Assembly (NCBI GenBank): GCA_036557125.1
Contig: DATBID010000324.1
Location: 1-46,988, forward strand
Reading direction: 5' to 3'
Source of the DNA: Bryobacteraceae bacterium
GTDB taxonomy: Bacteria > Acidobacteriota > Terriglobia > Bryobacterales > Bryobacteraceae
DNA length: 46,988 bases
Shown here in pieces: positions 1 to 9,633 of this stretch. The position numbers and the translations under genes are program-made. Under the pieces are notes generated by a model, which searched no databases, was not told the origin of the DNA, and saw nothing but the letters and a program-made list of their open reading frames with translations. How positions within the stretch are numbered: position 1 is the stretch's first letter; each line of letters starts with the position of its first letter.

Positions 1-753
1 GCCGACGTGGACACCGAGTTTAACAAAATGAAGGCGCCCTACACCAAAGAAGAGTTCGAGCGTCTGCTGGCCTCGCGCAAAATGAGCGTGGCCGATCTCA
101 AAAGCCAGATCCGGCGCGACCTGACGATTCAGAAGCTAGTCAATAAAGAGATCACTTCGCACATCACCATCACAGACGCCGAAGTTGCGACCTTCTATAA
201 CAACAACAAGGCCAGCTTCAACCTGCCCGAACCGGCCCTGCACATCGCTCAGATTCTGGTGAGCCGTACCCCCGACACCAACGTACGCAACCTGAAGAAC
301 AGCAAGGCTCGCAACGACGCCGAAGCGCGCACCAAAATTCAGGACATCGCGGGCCGCTTAAAAGCCGGCGAAGATTTCACGATGCTGGCGCAGAACTACT
401 CGGAAGACCCGGATACCGCGCCTAACGGCGGCGATCGCGGTCTGGTGCCGGAATCGGCCTTCGCTCACGCCAGCCCGGAGCTGCAGAAATTGCTGGCGTC
501 GCTGCCGCCGGGCGGCGTCTCTCCAATCATTCCCACGCAGGAAGGCTACGTGATTCTGAAAGTAATTTCGCGAGAGCCGGCCGGCCAGCGGGAATTGAAC
601 GATCCTCGCGTGCAACAGAGCATCCGCAATACGCTGCTGAACCGCAAGGACAGCTTACTGCGCGCGGCCTATTACGAGGTGGCGCGGAACAATGCGAAGG
701 TTGTAAATTATTTCGCGCTGAGCGTCATGCAGAACGCGGAGAAGAACAAATAA
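1..753 (+). CDS. PpiC/parvulin-type peptidyl-prolyl cis-trans isomerase (SurA/PrsA-like), C-terminal part; 5' end lies outside the window
   Basis: Frame 1 is open from nt 1 with no upstream stop, so the GTG at 7 in the track is probably internal. Parvulin-like stretch: EDFTMLAQNYSEDPDTAPNGGDRGLVPESAF...QEGYVILKVISRE. Stop TAA at 751-753. Confidence 0.8.
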   Translation, partial: ADVDTEFNKMKAPYTKEEFERLLASRKMSVADLKSQIRRDLTIQKLVNKEITSHITITDAEVATFYNNNKASFNLPEPALHIAQILVSRTPDTNVRNLKNSKARNDAEARTKIQDIAGRLKAGEDFTMLAQNYSEDPDTAPNGGDRGLVPESAFAHASPELQKLLASLPPGGVSPIIPTQEGYVILKVISREPAGQRELNDPRVQQSIRNTLLNRKDSLLRAAYYEVARNNAKVVNYFALSVMQNAEKNK

Positions 754-755
754 AA

Positions 756-816
756 GGAGCCAGGAGCAAAGGAGCCACGAGTAAGCAGGAGGCCGGTTCT
801 CCTTGCTTCTGGCTCC
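756..816. terminator. Imperfect long hairpin between convergent genes; possible bidirectional terminator
   Basis: Left arm ggagccaggagcaaaggag (756-774) pairs approximately with right arm ctccttgcttctggctcc (799-816). It lies between the + strand PPIase stop (753) and the - strand methyltransferase stop (826). There is no clean U-tract. Confidence 0.4.
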
Positions 817-825
817 TCTGCTCCT

Positions 826-1374
826 TTAGTCCAGCCGCCCCATCTCGTAGACGTAGATGGAATAGCCCATCGATCCCTCTTTGCCCCGTACGGTCTCGAC
901 CGGCTTCCAACCCTTTATGGGGAACTGGTTCGAAACCACACGCGCCTTGGGCTTGAGTTGCTTTTCGAGGATGGGCTTGAGGCGCTCATTCGAGGTGGTG
1001 AGAAACCACATCGTGACCACGTCGGCCGGGCTCAGGTCGACGTGCAACGCGCTGCCCTGCACGATCCGCACCCTGTCTTCGAGACCCAGCGCTTTGATGT
1101 GCTCGGTGGCGATCCGGCACAGGTCGGCGCGGATTTCCACGCCCACTGCTTTAGCGCCGAACTTCCGGGCGGCGGTGATTACCACCTTGCCATCCCCACT
1201 TCCGAGATCGTAAACCACCTCACCAGGCTTCACGTGGCCGGCCTCCAGCATCCTTTCCACGATGACCTGGGGGCTAGGAATGTAGGGCGCCAGGTTTTCG
1301 GCAGTTCCGAACTGTTGGCTGAAGGAGGGTAACGCTAATGCCGCAGTTGCCAGCGCGATGCGCAAGACGTCCAT
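826..1374 (-). CDS. Class I SAM-dependent methyltransferase with N-terminal signal peptide or membrane anchor
   Basis: SAM-binding motif I VVYDLGSGDGKVVITAA, followed by AVGVEI and IVQGSAL. I chose the Met giving MDVLRIALATAALALPSFSQ (hydrophobic N-terminus). The track ORF extends to 1407 and would overlap the upstream gene. Confidence 0.75.
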   Translation of the reverse strand: MDVLRIALATAALALPSFSQQFGTAENLAPYIPSPQVIVERMLEAGHVKPGEVVYDLGSGDGKVVITAARKFGAKAVGVEIRADLCRIATEHIKALGLEDRVRIVQGSALHVDLSPADVVTMWFLTTSNERLKPILEKQLKPKARVVSNQFPIKGWKPVETVRGKEGSMGYSIYVYEMGRLD

Positions 1375-1378
1375 GAGT

Positions 1379-2623
1379 TTATGGCGCGGTTGACGCCGTC
1401 TTTCCAAACTTCGATTTTACAATACGGCCCATGATTTCGCTCCACACGAAAAACAGGTCGCGCGGCCGAGTAATGGTGTATTCGACGCCTTTCAGATATT
1501 TCACCGCGGTGCCAATGGCATCCCGCCATGGCACAGCCTGCGGATTCAAGTTGTAGTTCATGTAGAAAAGCGGAAAATGCAGGTCGCCAATCTGCTTCAG
1601 GGGTTCCTGCGGAATATTGTCATCCAGCATCACTTTCGGCCCGGCAATGATTACGGCGTCGGGCTGTTCGTTGTCGTCCTTGATCTCAGTCGTAATAAGG
1701 TTGGTGAGGAATTCGCTGTCGGAGTGCTTCTGTCCCAATTTCCGGAAATCCACGGTACCCAGGTTCAACGTATGCAGCGCCTCGCCCAGGGCCGGAAAAT
1801 CGATTTGCGGCGCCGATCGCTGGCGGTAAATCACCCGCTGCTCCTGCATATTGAACGCCACTACCGAGAAGCGCCCGATGCGCGGTTCGCGCGCAATATT
1901 CCGCAGGATCGATATTAGCGCGTTCAAATCGATCGGCTGCATGGCCGCGGAGTAGGTGTTCTGCGGAGCGAAATTCACCATTACCTTTACGTTGAGCGGC
2001 GCGCTCTCATGCACGCGCTGGATGGGCGGTTCCTGCCGGAACGGCTCCGCCTCGGGCGGTTCCACCACACTCGCAGAGATATCGAGGGACATCTCCTTGT
2101 CTTTCGGCGGCAGGCTCGCCTCCACATCCCAATTGGACGAGCAGACGTGCTCGCTGCGATCGCGCATGAGCCAGTCCACGTGATACTTGCCGACGCCGAC
2201 GTCAAATGCCCCCTGCAGCGCCGCTTCGCCTTTTGCATCGTCGGCGATATTCGGCACGGACATTCGCTGCGAGAGGTATACCGGCTCATCCGGATGCGCT
2301 TCCGGCGTAACCCGGAAAACCATCGTGAGCAGGTTGCCGTCGCCGGCTAATTCGCGAAGAGGCACGGTGACGGAATATCCGGAATGAAATTTTAGATCAA
2401 AACCGAGGGTCGGTTTAACAGGCAAAACGTTGCAGGGAAGATCCTTGCGGATCTCGTCGGACTCCAGTATGGCAGCATCGGAAGTAAATAACCGAAACAT
2501 GCCGCCGGGCATGAGCATCTGAGCAGAGAGCGTCTTCGGCCCAATAGCCAGCACGCCGGCCAGAATGGCCAGGTAGCGCCCGCCCAAGTCCCAACGAAAG
2601 CAACATGGTTGCATCATCCCCAT
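1379..2623 (-). CDS. Hypothetical exported protein; C-terminal half resembles a VWA fold with a degenerate MIDAS
   Basis: Long ORF with coding-like composition and a hydrophobic N-terminal segment (YLAILAGVLAIGPKTLSAQ). The C-terminal pattern VKVMVNFAPQN...FSVVAFN...LGTVDF...AVIIAGPKVML resembles VWA strands but lacks DxSxS. The start is uncertain (ATG 2623 or GTG 2680). The stop lies 4 nt before the methyltransferase start. Confidence 0.55.
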   Translation of the reverse strand: MGMMQPCCFRWDLGGRYLAILAGVLAIGPKTLSAQMLMPGGMFRLFTSDAAILESDEIRKDLPCNVLPVKPTLGFDLKFHSGYSVTVPLRELAGDGNLLTMVFRVTPEAHPDEPVYLSQRMSVPNIADDAKGEAALQGAFDVGVGKYHVDWLMRDRSEHVCSSNWDVEASLPPKDKEMSLDISASVVEPPEAEPFRQEPPIQRVHESAPLNVKVMVNFAPQNTYSAAMQPIDLNALISILRNIAREPRIGRFSVVAFNMQEQRVIYRQRSAPQIDFPALGEALHTLNLGTVDFRKLGQKHSDSEFLTNLITTEIKDDNEQPDAVIIAGPKVMLDDNIPQEPLKQIGDLHFPLFYMNYNLNPQAVPWRDAIGTAVKYLKGVEYTITRPRDLFFVWSEIMGRIVKSKFGKTASTAP

Positions 2624-2775
2624 CGATTCAGCACCCGCCCTACCAGTGATCCAATGGTTACAGCGTGATCGAGTGGTCACACTTCGCTACGTATTATCTC
2701 TTAATCATTTTCTGTTGGTAAGTGCGCTTGGTCTCTGTCCGCCCAAAAAGGTACCTGGGTCGTCCCGGACCTGGT

Positions 2776-3177
2776 TCAGTGCCCGCTCACGGAATGCTGG
2801 CGGGAGCGGATTATCCATTCCGCTTGCGTACAGTCTGGCCGGTTCAGCTCGCGCAGTTGCTGTAGCATGCTGGTTACGAGGACATCGTGGCCGCCGAAGC
2901 CGTTCAATTCGAGGGTGCGAAAGACGTCTTCGGTGCGGGCAAGATAGGCCGGAAATTCCACTAAGGTGGTTATCTCCGAAGTTTGGCGACCATTAGCATC
3001 GCGGAACTCGATCTCCGCCTCATGGTAGATTTGCGGATTGATTGGGAACGCGACTTGCGCCAAGGTTTCCAAAAGAGCTTCCAGCCGCCGTGGCTCCACA
3101 CGAATCGCGATGGAAACCAAAGCTCCCTCGTTGGATGACAGAGAGTACTCTGTGGCGAATGCGGAAGAAAAACCCAT
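2776..3177 (-). CDS. Hypothetical protein (133 aa), no recognisable domain
   Basis: ORF with an ATG start, on the same strand as its neighbours, with non-shadow amino-acid composition. No motif recognised. Confidence 0.45.
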   Translation of the reverse strand: MGFSSAFATEYSLSSNEGALVSIAIRVEPRRLEALLETLAQVAFPINPQIYHEAEIEFRDANGRQTSEITTLVEFPAYLARTEDVFRTLELNGFGGHDVLVTSMLQQLRELNRPDCTQAEWIIRSRQHSVSGH

Positions 3178-3224
3178 CCCTTCCTCCTGAGGTGTTAAGG
3201 CGAAGGGGGTTTGTCCGGAGCAAG

Positions 3225-3254
3225 AAAAAACCCTGGCGCCAAAAGGCCCCAGGG
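3225..3254 (-). terminator. Rho-independent terminator (minus strand) downstream of the Cys-rich protein gene
   Basis: The minus strand reads CCCTGGGGCC-TTTT-GGCGCCAGGG followed by TTTTTT (plus-strand A6 at 3225-3230). The stem has about 9 of 10 pairs. Confidence 0.6.
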
Positions 3255-3405
3255 TTAGAATATTTCCGAACAGACCGACTCGCGTTTAGCACTTTTTTTC
3301 CGTGGTTGCAATTTGCGGGGCGGGAAAGCCCTAAATCAATCCACGTCTTATTGAACTATAGCATGAGTGTGCGATGCGAAGCAAGGTATTCTATCGCGCG
3401 ATGTG

Positions 3406-3903
3406 TTACAGCTTCTTGAAGAGTTTATCGAACGCGCTGCGGGCGTCCTCGGGATTGCGCGGCGCCGGCCCTCCCGCTGCTGGGCCGGGCGATGCGGGTG
3501 TGGCGGGAGAAAGGCCGTTAGTAGTGCCCTCGCGTGCGACTGTCACTCGCGGCGTGAATAATGCGCAATCGTTCCGCTTATCCTTGATGGCAATTCGCAC
3601 CGGGACCGGCTTTAGGCACTGAAATCGCGTCGAAGGCTCAAAATGCGAACACTGCTTGCAGCAGTGCAGATCGGCATTACATTTGGGACATACGCCATTC
3701 ATGTCCGTGCCGGGCGGCAGGGCGGTTGCGCAATTGAAGCAACGGGCCGCAGCCACGTGTTGCACCAGCCGGGGAAGGCGGGGGCCGGTTACGTCAATGG
3801 GGGGACGCGGACCTTGCGGCTTGGGCCGGTCTTCACGCGGCCCGCGCGCCTCGCGATCCGAATCCATGTACCCCTGCTGTCGGTACTTACGGTCATTGTC
3901 CAT
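3406..3903 (-). CDS. Cys-rich zinc-ribbon-like hypothetical protein with basic, disordered termini
   Basis: Cysteine pattern CFNC...CPKC...CCKQC...C...C in the central region, flanked by low-complexity Arg/Pro/Gly termini. ATG start at 3903. Confidence 0.6.
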   Translation of the reverse strand: MDNDRKYRQQGYMDSDREARGPREDRPKPQGPRPPIDVTGPRLPRLVQHVAAARCFNCATALPPGTDMNGVCPKCNADLHCCKQCSHFEPSTRFQCLKPVPVRIAIKDKRNDCALFTPRVTVAREGTTNGLSPATPASPGPAAGGPAPRNPEDARSAFDKLFKKL

Positions 3904-4153
3904 GCGGGATAGAAAGCTCGTATCTGACGAGCGGAGAACCTCTCAAAGTTCAGACCCTTCCCTGTGATACCCCGTGGTTCACAGGTTCCACGGCCCTCAA
4001 AGGACCACGCGACTTCTACGAGCCATGCCGCGGGGAAGCTTGGGATTACCGAAGGGAATTGCGGGGGAAGGCCGAACCCGCTACTACTTCACTTCTCTTT
4101 TTATCACAATTGCAGCAACTTTGCTACTCGGTTTTTTCACCGAGCTTGCACAT

Positions 4154-6703
4154 TCACACCGAACTCCACTTAAGGAGACTGGAACAAGGGCGCGTCAACG
4201 GGTCGTCGAAGTGATTTGGACTCACACGGAGGGCATATCCGAGGCGCCCGGTCCGCTCCGGCACGATCTCTTTCTCAAAGATCGCAACAGAACCATTTTG
4301 TTCGATCGGGGGAAGAACCAGCACTTCGGTGTCTTCCAGATTTCCGTTGCTATCAACCCGGCCGACCACCACTTCCACGCGCACGTCCTGCGGTTTCAGC
4401 CCTGCCAGATCGATTGCCGCCCGCACTGGAACCGGCCTCCCACTGGTAACAGTACCTCCAGGCCCAGGGCCTGATTCGACGAAATGCACCCGCTCCCAAA
4501 CCTCGCGGATGCGCGAGTTCCAGTGGGCCTTCTCATGAATCAGCCGGTAATCGCTCTGCACCAGCCGCAAATGCTGCGAATGAGCCGGCTCGTAGAGTTC
4601 GCTCATGTATTCCCGAACCATGCGGCGACAGTCAAAATTCGGGCTGATGTACATGAGCGACTGCTTTATCCGGCGAATCCACTCCCGCGGCGTCTGTTCC
4701 TTGCGCTCGTAGAACATTGGCACGATTTCGTTTTCGAGCAGATAGTAGATGGCGCTGGCGTGGAGGGCGTCCTGATCCTCAGAGTAGGGTTCGCGCTCGC
4801 CGATCGCCCATCCGCCCAGATGCTCGTAGGCTTCATCGAACCAGCCATCCAGGATGCTCAGATTCAGGACACCGTTGATTGCAGCTTTCATGCCGCTAGT
4901 GCCGCAGGCTTCTTCGCCGCGCCGCGGGTTATTGAGCCAGAGGTCCACCCCCTGAACCAACTCCCGCGCTACCTTCATGTCGTAATCCTCGACGAATACC
5001 AGGTGCTTCCAGAGGTCCAGGTCGCGCGACAACGCCACGATCTCCCGGATGAAGGTCTTTCCGGGCTGGTCTTTCGGGTGAGCTTTGCCTGCGATCACCA
5101 CCTGCACCGGCATGTCCTTATTCAGCAGGATGCGCTTGAGCCGCTCGACATCGCGGAACAGCAGCGTAGCCCGTTTATAGGTTGCAAAGCGGCGCGCGAA
5201 TCCAATGGTGAACGCATTCGGATCGAGCACTTCCGACGCGCGCCGCACTTCCGATGCGGAAGCCTGGCGGCGCACGGCCGCGGCATGCTGGCGCGTCCGC
5301 ACGAAATTCACCAGGCGCCGTTTCCGCCGGCGGTGCACTTCGAGAAGCTCTTCGTCCGGAATATCGGCAATCTGTTCCCACACAGCCGAGTCGTCGGGAT
5401 GCTCGCGCCAGTCCGGCTGGAGATATTGATCGTACAGTGTGGCCAAGTCGCCATTGAGCCAGCTCGGCAGATGCACGCCGTTGGTAATCGAGGTGATCGG
5501 CACTTCCCAGACCGGCAACTGAGGCCACATATCGTGGAACATTTCCTGCGAAACCTGGCGGTGTAGCCGGCTGACGGCATTGCGGTAGGCCGATGTATTC
5601 AGCGCCAGCACAGCCATCGAAAACCGCTCGTCCCGATTATGTGGCTCGCGCCGTCCAAGCGCCATCAGCGCCTGAAAATCGACGCCCACTTCCAGGCAAT
5701 ACTCGGAAAAATAGTGGTACATCAAACCGGGATCGAACAGGTCAATTCCGGCGGGAACGGGCGTATGGGTGGTGAAAACGTTGCTACTGCGGGCGACTTC
5801 CAGGCCTTCATCGAAAGTCAGGTTTTCTTCCCGCATGTACAGGCGGACCTGTTCGAGCGCCAGGAATGCCGAGTGTCCTTCGTTCATGTGGTACACGGTG
5901 GGATGCAAGCCCATAGCCCGGAGCGCTCGCATCCCGCCGATTCCCAGCACAATTTCCTGCCGGATACGCGTATCAATGTCGCCGCCGTATAAAGAATCGG
6001 TGATGTCGCGGTCCTGCGGCAAAACATTTTCAGGAATATTCGTATCGAGCAGGTACAGCGTGATTCTTCCGACTTCCAGCTTCCACACCTGGATGTATAC
6101 GTTTCCTGTCGGAAGTTTGACCGTTACCTTCAAGTCCTGGCTCGTGGCGTCTTTCACCGGCGTGAGTGGAAGGGTGAAAAAATCGTTCATCGGGTACCGT
6201 TCCTGCTGCCATCCGTCGGGATTCAGCAGTTGCCGGAAGTAACCTTGCTGGTAAAGCAACCCGAGGCCGATCAGCGAATAATCCAGATCGCTCGACGATT
6301 TCAAATGATCGCCGGAGAGAATTCCCAAACCGCCGGAATATACCGGCAGGCACTCGGTCAGCCCATACTCGGCGGAAAAGTACGCGATCAGCTTGCCATC
6401 GCCCGACGGTTGGGGTTTGCGTGTGTGCGCATCATAGGCATCGCACGCTTGCCTGTACAAGCTGAGGTAGCGCGGATCCGCCGCCGCCTTCTTTAGCGTG
6501 GACTGCGAGACGCGCCCCAGCATGAGGACCGGGTTATAGCCGCAGTCTCTCCATAGGTTCGGATCCAGGCGCCGGAAGACGGCACGGATGATCGGTTCCC
6601 AGCTCCACAGAAGGTTATAGGCAAGTTCCGATAATCGCGCGAGAGATGGTGGAAGAGCCGGCCGAACCAAGAACTCACGGATCGGCTGAATGTAAAAAGG
6701 CAT
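4154..6703 (-). CDS. glgP: Alpha-glucan phosphorylase (GT35, GlgP family)
   Basis: About 850 aa. N-terminal LSELAYNLLWSWEP motif and PLP-lysine region EACGTSGMKAAINGVLNLSILDGWFDE. The ATG at 6703 (MPFYIQPIREF) is preferred over the TTG at 6724. Confidence 0.9.
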   Translation of the reverse strand: MPFYIQPIREFLVRPALPPSLARLSELAYNLLWSWEPIIRAVFRRLDPNLWRDCGYNPVLMLGRVSQSTLKKAAADPRYLSLYRQACDAYDAHTRKPQPSGDGKLIAYFSAEYGLTECLPVYSGGLGILSGDHLKSSSDLDYSLIGLGLLYQQGYFRQLLNPDGWQQERYPMNDFFTLPLTPVKDATSQDLKVTVKLPTGNVYIQVWKLEVGRITLYLLDTNIPENVLPQDRDITDSLYGGDIDTRIRQEIVLGIGGMRALRAMGLHPTVYHMNEGHSAFLALEQVRLYMREENLTFDEGLEVARSSNVFTTHTPVPAGIDLFDPGLMYHYFSEYCLEVGVDFQALMALGRREPHNRDERFSMAVLALNTSAYRNAVSRLHRQVSQEMFHDMWPQLPVWEVPITSITNGVHLPSWLNGDLATLYDQYLQPDWREHPDDSAVWEQIADIPDEELLEVHRRRKRRLVNFVRTRQHAAAVRRQASASEVRRASEVLDPNAFTIGFARRFATYKRATLLFRDVERLKRILLNKDMPVQVVIAGKAHPKDQPGKTFIREIVALSRDLDLWKHLVFVEDYDMKVARELVQGVDLWLNNPRRGEEACGTSGMKAAINGVLNLSILDGWFDEAYEHLGGWAIGEREPYSEDQDALHASAIYYLLENEIVPMFYERKEQTPREWIRRIKQSLMYISPNFDCRRMVREYMSELYEPAHSQHLRLVQSDYRLIHEKAHWNSRIREVWERVHFVESGPGPGGTVTSGRPVPVRAAIDLAGLKPQDVRVEVVVGRVDSNGNLEDTEVLVLPPIEQNGSVAIFEKEIVPERTGRLGYALRVSPNHFDDPLTRPCSSLLKWSSV

Positions 6704-6829
6704 ACCCCAAGGGTTACAACCCAAGATATCAAATCGTCAGGTTCAGCCCCAAACTTCAGAGTGACAAATAGGGATGGAACATTCCTGCACGATTTTCTTG
6801 TCTATTACGTCAGACTGGATGTAGCGGGA

Positions 6830-7495
6830 ATGCGTTACCTGGTAGTACTTTGTCTTGCCGGCGCGGTGTGGGTGGGAGAAGCCTGGGCGGGGGAGTATGC
6901 GGTCCTCGCCAGCGGAGCTCGTATCCATGTCGATAGCCATGAATCGTCAGGAGGCGAGGTTGTGTTGCACCTTGGCGCGGGAACAATCGAGATGCCGGCG
7001 GCAGACATTCGTAGTTTTGAGTCTGATGACGCGAACGCGGCGGTTACCGCTGCCTCGCCGGCTCCTTCTGTTTCCTCCCACTCGCTCGACCCAAAACGAT
7101 TAGCTGATGAAGCCGCGCGCAAATACGGCCTGCCGAGTTCCCTGGTCCGCAGCGTGATGAAGGCTGAATCTGGTTTCCAGGTGCAAGCAGTTTCGCCGAA
7201 AGGGGCCATGGGCCTGATGCAGCTTATGCCCGCCACCGCGCATAGGCTGGGCGCCGATCCCCGCGATCCTGCGCAAAATGTGGATGCCGGCGCGCGTTAT
7301 CTTCGGGTGCTACTCGAAAAATATGGCGGCGGTTTGCGCCGCGCGCTGGCCGCATATAATGCCGGCCCGGCCGCGGTCGACCGATTCGGCGGCGTGCCTC
7401 CGTTCGCCGAAACACTCAACTACATCCGGCGCATCGAGCGGGAATGGAAGAGCTCGGTAAAGGCGGGGCAGACCCTTTCGCCAGCAAATCCGTAG
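6830..7495 (+). CDS. Lytic transglycosylase (SLT domain), secreted
   Basis: SLT motifs VMKAESGFQ...GAMGLMQLMPATA...AYNAGPAAV. The ATG at 6830 gives the signal-like N-terminus MRYLVVLCLAGAVWVGEAWA. Confidence 0.85.
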   Translation: MRYLVVLCLAGAVWVGEAWAGEYAVLASGARIHVDSHESSGGEVVLHLGAGTIEMPAADIRSFESDDANAAVTAASPAPSVSSHSLDPKRLADEAARKYGLPSSLVRSVMKAESGFQVQAVSPKGAMGLMQLMPATAHRLGADPRDPAQNVDAGARYLRVLLEKYGGGLRRALAAYNAGPAAVDRFGGVPPFAETLNYIRRIEREWKSSVKAGQTLSPANP

Positions 7496-7504
7496 CAGAG
7501 CCGC

Positions 7505-7963
7505 TTATTCCTTTCTCTCCTCGGTCTCGTCCCGCCGATCGATCCTTTTCTTAATCGGGAGCAAATAACGTAGCCCCACAAAATTTACAATCGCCAGGAC
7601 GGCCGCGAGCACAAACCGATCCTGAGCGATCGAGGCGCCCAGTACGCCCATGTTCCAGATGCTGGCCGCGGCCGCCGTGCCGTGGACTCTTGAGCCGGCT
7701 CTCATGATCGCCCCTGCGCCGATGAAACCCATGCCCGCCACCATTCCCTGGATGATGCGCGATTGGGCATCGAAACTCTGTTCGCCCGGCATCGCCAGCA
7801 GAACATATCCGCAGCTCGCCATCGCTACCAGCGGAAAGGTGCGCACGCCGACCGAATGCGCCTCCTCCTCCCGCTGCCAGCCAATCGGCAGGGAAAACAG
7901 GTATGCCAATATCACCCTGCCGATATCGTGTAGCTCCCTATGCCATTCTCCCGGAATTTGCAT
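7505..7963 (-). CDS. MgtC/SapB family membrane protein
   Basis: MgtC-like sequence GVRTFPLVAMASCGYVLL...GMVAGMGFIGAGAIMR...VHGTAAAASIWNMGVLG, with multiple TM segments. Confidence 0.8.
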   Translation of the reverse strand: MQIPGEWHRELHDIGRVILAYLFSLPIGWQREEEAHSVGVRTFPLVAMASCGYVLLAMPGEQSFDAQSRIIQGMVAGMGFIGAGAIMRAGSRVHGTAAAASIWNMGVLGASIAQDRFVLAAVLAIVNFVGLRYLLPIKKRIDRRDETEERKE

Positions 7964-8065
7964 CGGTTAGAAGTTTACCTCGCCCAGTCTCCAGACCGTA
8001 GTCCCCGCTGTTGTACACTCGTCCTGATGGCCCCCTCTCGGGGCAACTCGCACAAGGAGGAAACA

Positions 8066-8605
8066 ATGAGAACTCGCCCAATCACAATTTTGGGTTTGCT
8101 GCTGGCGGTGGCCCTGCTCGCGGGAGTGGTGGCCTGGGCGGGGGAAATGCCGTCCGTAGGCAGCATGGCCCCCGATTTCACTCTGCCTTCCCAGGAAGGC
8201 AAACAGGTCAGCCTGCATGACTTCAAAGGCAAATGGGTCGTGCTGTATTTCTATCCCAAAGACATGACCCCGGGCTGCACCATCGAAGCCCACAACTTTC
8301 AGCGCGACCAGGCGCAGTACGATAAATTGAACGCCGCCGTAGTGGGCGTCAGCGTGGATAGCGTCGATTCCCACGTTCAGTTCTGCACCAAGGAAAACCT
8401 GACATTCAAGCTGCTGGCCAACCCCGCGCACGACGTCGTAGACAAGTACGGCTCGCTGGCAAACATGCGCGGCATGACCATCGCCGCCCGCAACACTTTT
8501 CTGGTGGACCCTAAAGGGATGATCCGTAAGGTGTACACCATGGTCGATCCTCAACCACACAGCCAGCAGGTGCTGGCCGAGCTCTCCGAACTCGAAAAGA
8601 AGTAG
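8066..8605 (+). CDS. bcp: Bcp-type peroxiredoxin (AhpC/TSA family), exported
   Basis: FKGKWVVLYFYPKDMTPGCTIEAHNF contains the peroxidatic Cys. The ATG at 8066 is preceded by AAGGAGG (8054-8060). N-terminal signal-like segment ITILGLLLAVALLAGVVAWA. Confidence 0.85.
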   Translation: MRTRPITILGLLLAVALLAGVVAWAGEMPSVGSMAPDFTLPSQEGKQVSLHDFKGKWVVLYFYPKDMTPGCTIEAHNFQRDQAQYDKLNAAVVGVSVDSVDSHVQFCTKENLTFKLLANPAHDVVDKYGSLANMRGMTIAARNTFLVDPKGMIRKVYTMVDPQPHSQQVLAELSELEKK

Positions 8606-8664
8606 ATCCTGGCCTTCCGGCGGGCGCTCACTTCTGTGTGCCCGCCAATTCTCTCTCCAGCTTT

Positions 8665-9618
8665 ATGCTCGCCATCAGCCTCGAAGACGGTGGAGTTCGC
8701 ACTGTCGAGATTGGACGTCCCAAACGGCCGCATGGGTTTGCGCTGCTGCGCTTGCTGTGCGGCGGCATCTGCAATACCGATCTCGAGCTGCAGCGTGGCT
8801 ACTATGGATTCCGCGGCATTCCCGGCCATGAGTTCGTGGCCGAGGTGGTGGAAGCGGATACGCCATCTCTGGTGGGCAAGCGCGTGGTAGGCGAAATCAA
8901 TCTGGCATGCACCCACTGCGAATGGTGCCGCAAAGAATTAGGACGCCACTGCCCGAATCGGACCGTGCTGGGAATTGTCCATCAGCCCGGCGCCTTTGAG
9001 GAATTCTTCGTCTTGCCCGAGCGCAACCTGCACCTGGTCCCCGATCACATTCCCAATGAACGCGCGGTCTTCACTGAGCCGCTGGCCGCGGCCTGCGAAA
9101 TCCTCGATCAGGTCAGCATACCTTGGGGTACGCCCGTGGCAGTATTAGGCGATGGAAAATTGGGGTTGCTGATTGCGCAGGTGCTGAATGTCAACGGGCT
9201 TCCCGTGCATCAGTTCGGGCATCATGCGGAGAAGTTGCGTATTACGGGCGCTACGGGTGTAACCACGGAAGTGACAAACGGCTCTCTTCCCGCCGCCGCT
9301 TACGATTTCGTCGTGGAAGCTACAGGCAATCCCGAAGGCTTGCGGCAGGCAGTCGCCATGACGCGCCCGCGAGGCACGCTCATTCTGAAATCCACCACGC
9401 ACGGCCTGGTCAATATCGATACCGCGCCGATTATAGTGAACGAGCTGACGGTGATCGGCTCGCGTTGCGGCCGGTTCGAAGCGGCTCTCCCGCTCCTCGA
9501 TCACGAACTGATCCGCGCGGAAGAGATGATCGCCGCACGCTATCCGTTGGCGCAAGCCGCGGAAGCGTTTGAACAAGCGGCGCGGCCGGGGACTCTGAAG
9601 GTGCTGCTGGAGGCGTGA
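8665..9618 (+). CDS. Zinc-dependent alcohol dehydrogenase family (MDR) oxidoreductase
   Basis: Catalytic-zinc region CGICNTDLE, then GHEFVAEV. Structural-zinc motif CTHCEWCRKELGRHC. Nucleotide-binding motif VLGDGKLGLL. Confidence 0.8.
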   Translation: MLAISLEDGGVRTVEIGRPKRPHGFALLRLLCGGICNTDLELQRGYYGFRGIPGHEFVAEVVEADTPSLVGKRVVGEINLACTHCEWCRKELGRHCPNRTVLGIVHQPGAFEEFFVLPERNLHLVPDHIPNERAVFTEPLAAACEILDQVSIPWGTPVAVLGDGKLGLLIAQVLNVNGLPVHQFGHHAEKLRITGATGVTTEVTNGSLPAAAYDFVVEATGNPEGLRQAVAMTRPRGTLILKSTTHGLVNIDTAPIIVNELTVIGSRCGRFEAALPLLDHELIRAEEMIAARYPLAQAAEAFEQAARPGTLKVLLEA

Positions 9619-9633
9619 GGGCGGCTCTAACTC

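Noticed and set aside
927-937. GGTTCGAAACC, which resembles a tRNA T-arm
   Set aside because: It lies inside the methyltransferase CDS, and no flanking acceptor, D or anticodon stems can be drawn. I recognised no tRNA anywhere in the window.
4484-5566. 360-aa plus-strand ORF, together with 3974-4474 and the 5593-6496 series
   Set aside because: All are antisense to, or overlap, the alpha-glucan phosphorylase gene. No motifs were recognised and the composition is that of a shadow frame.
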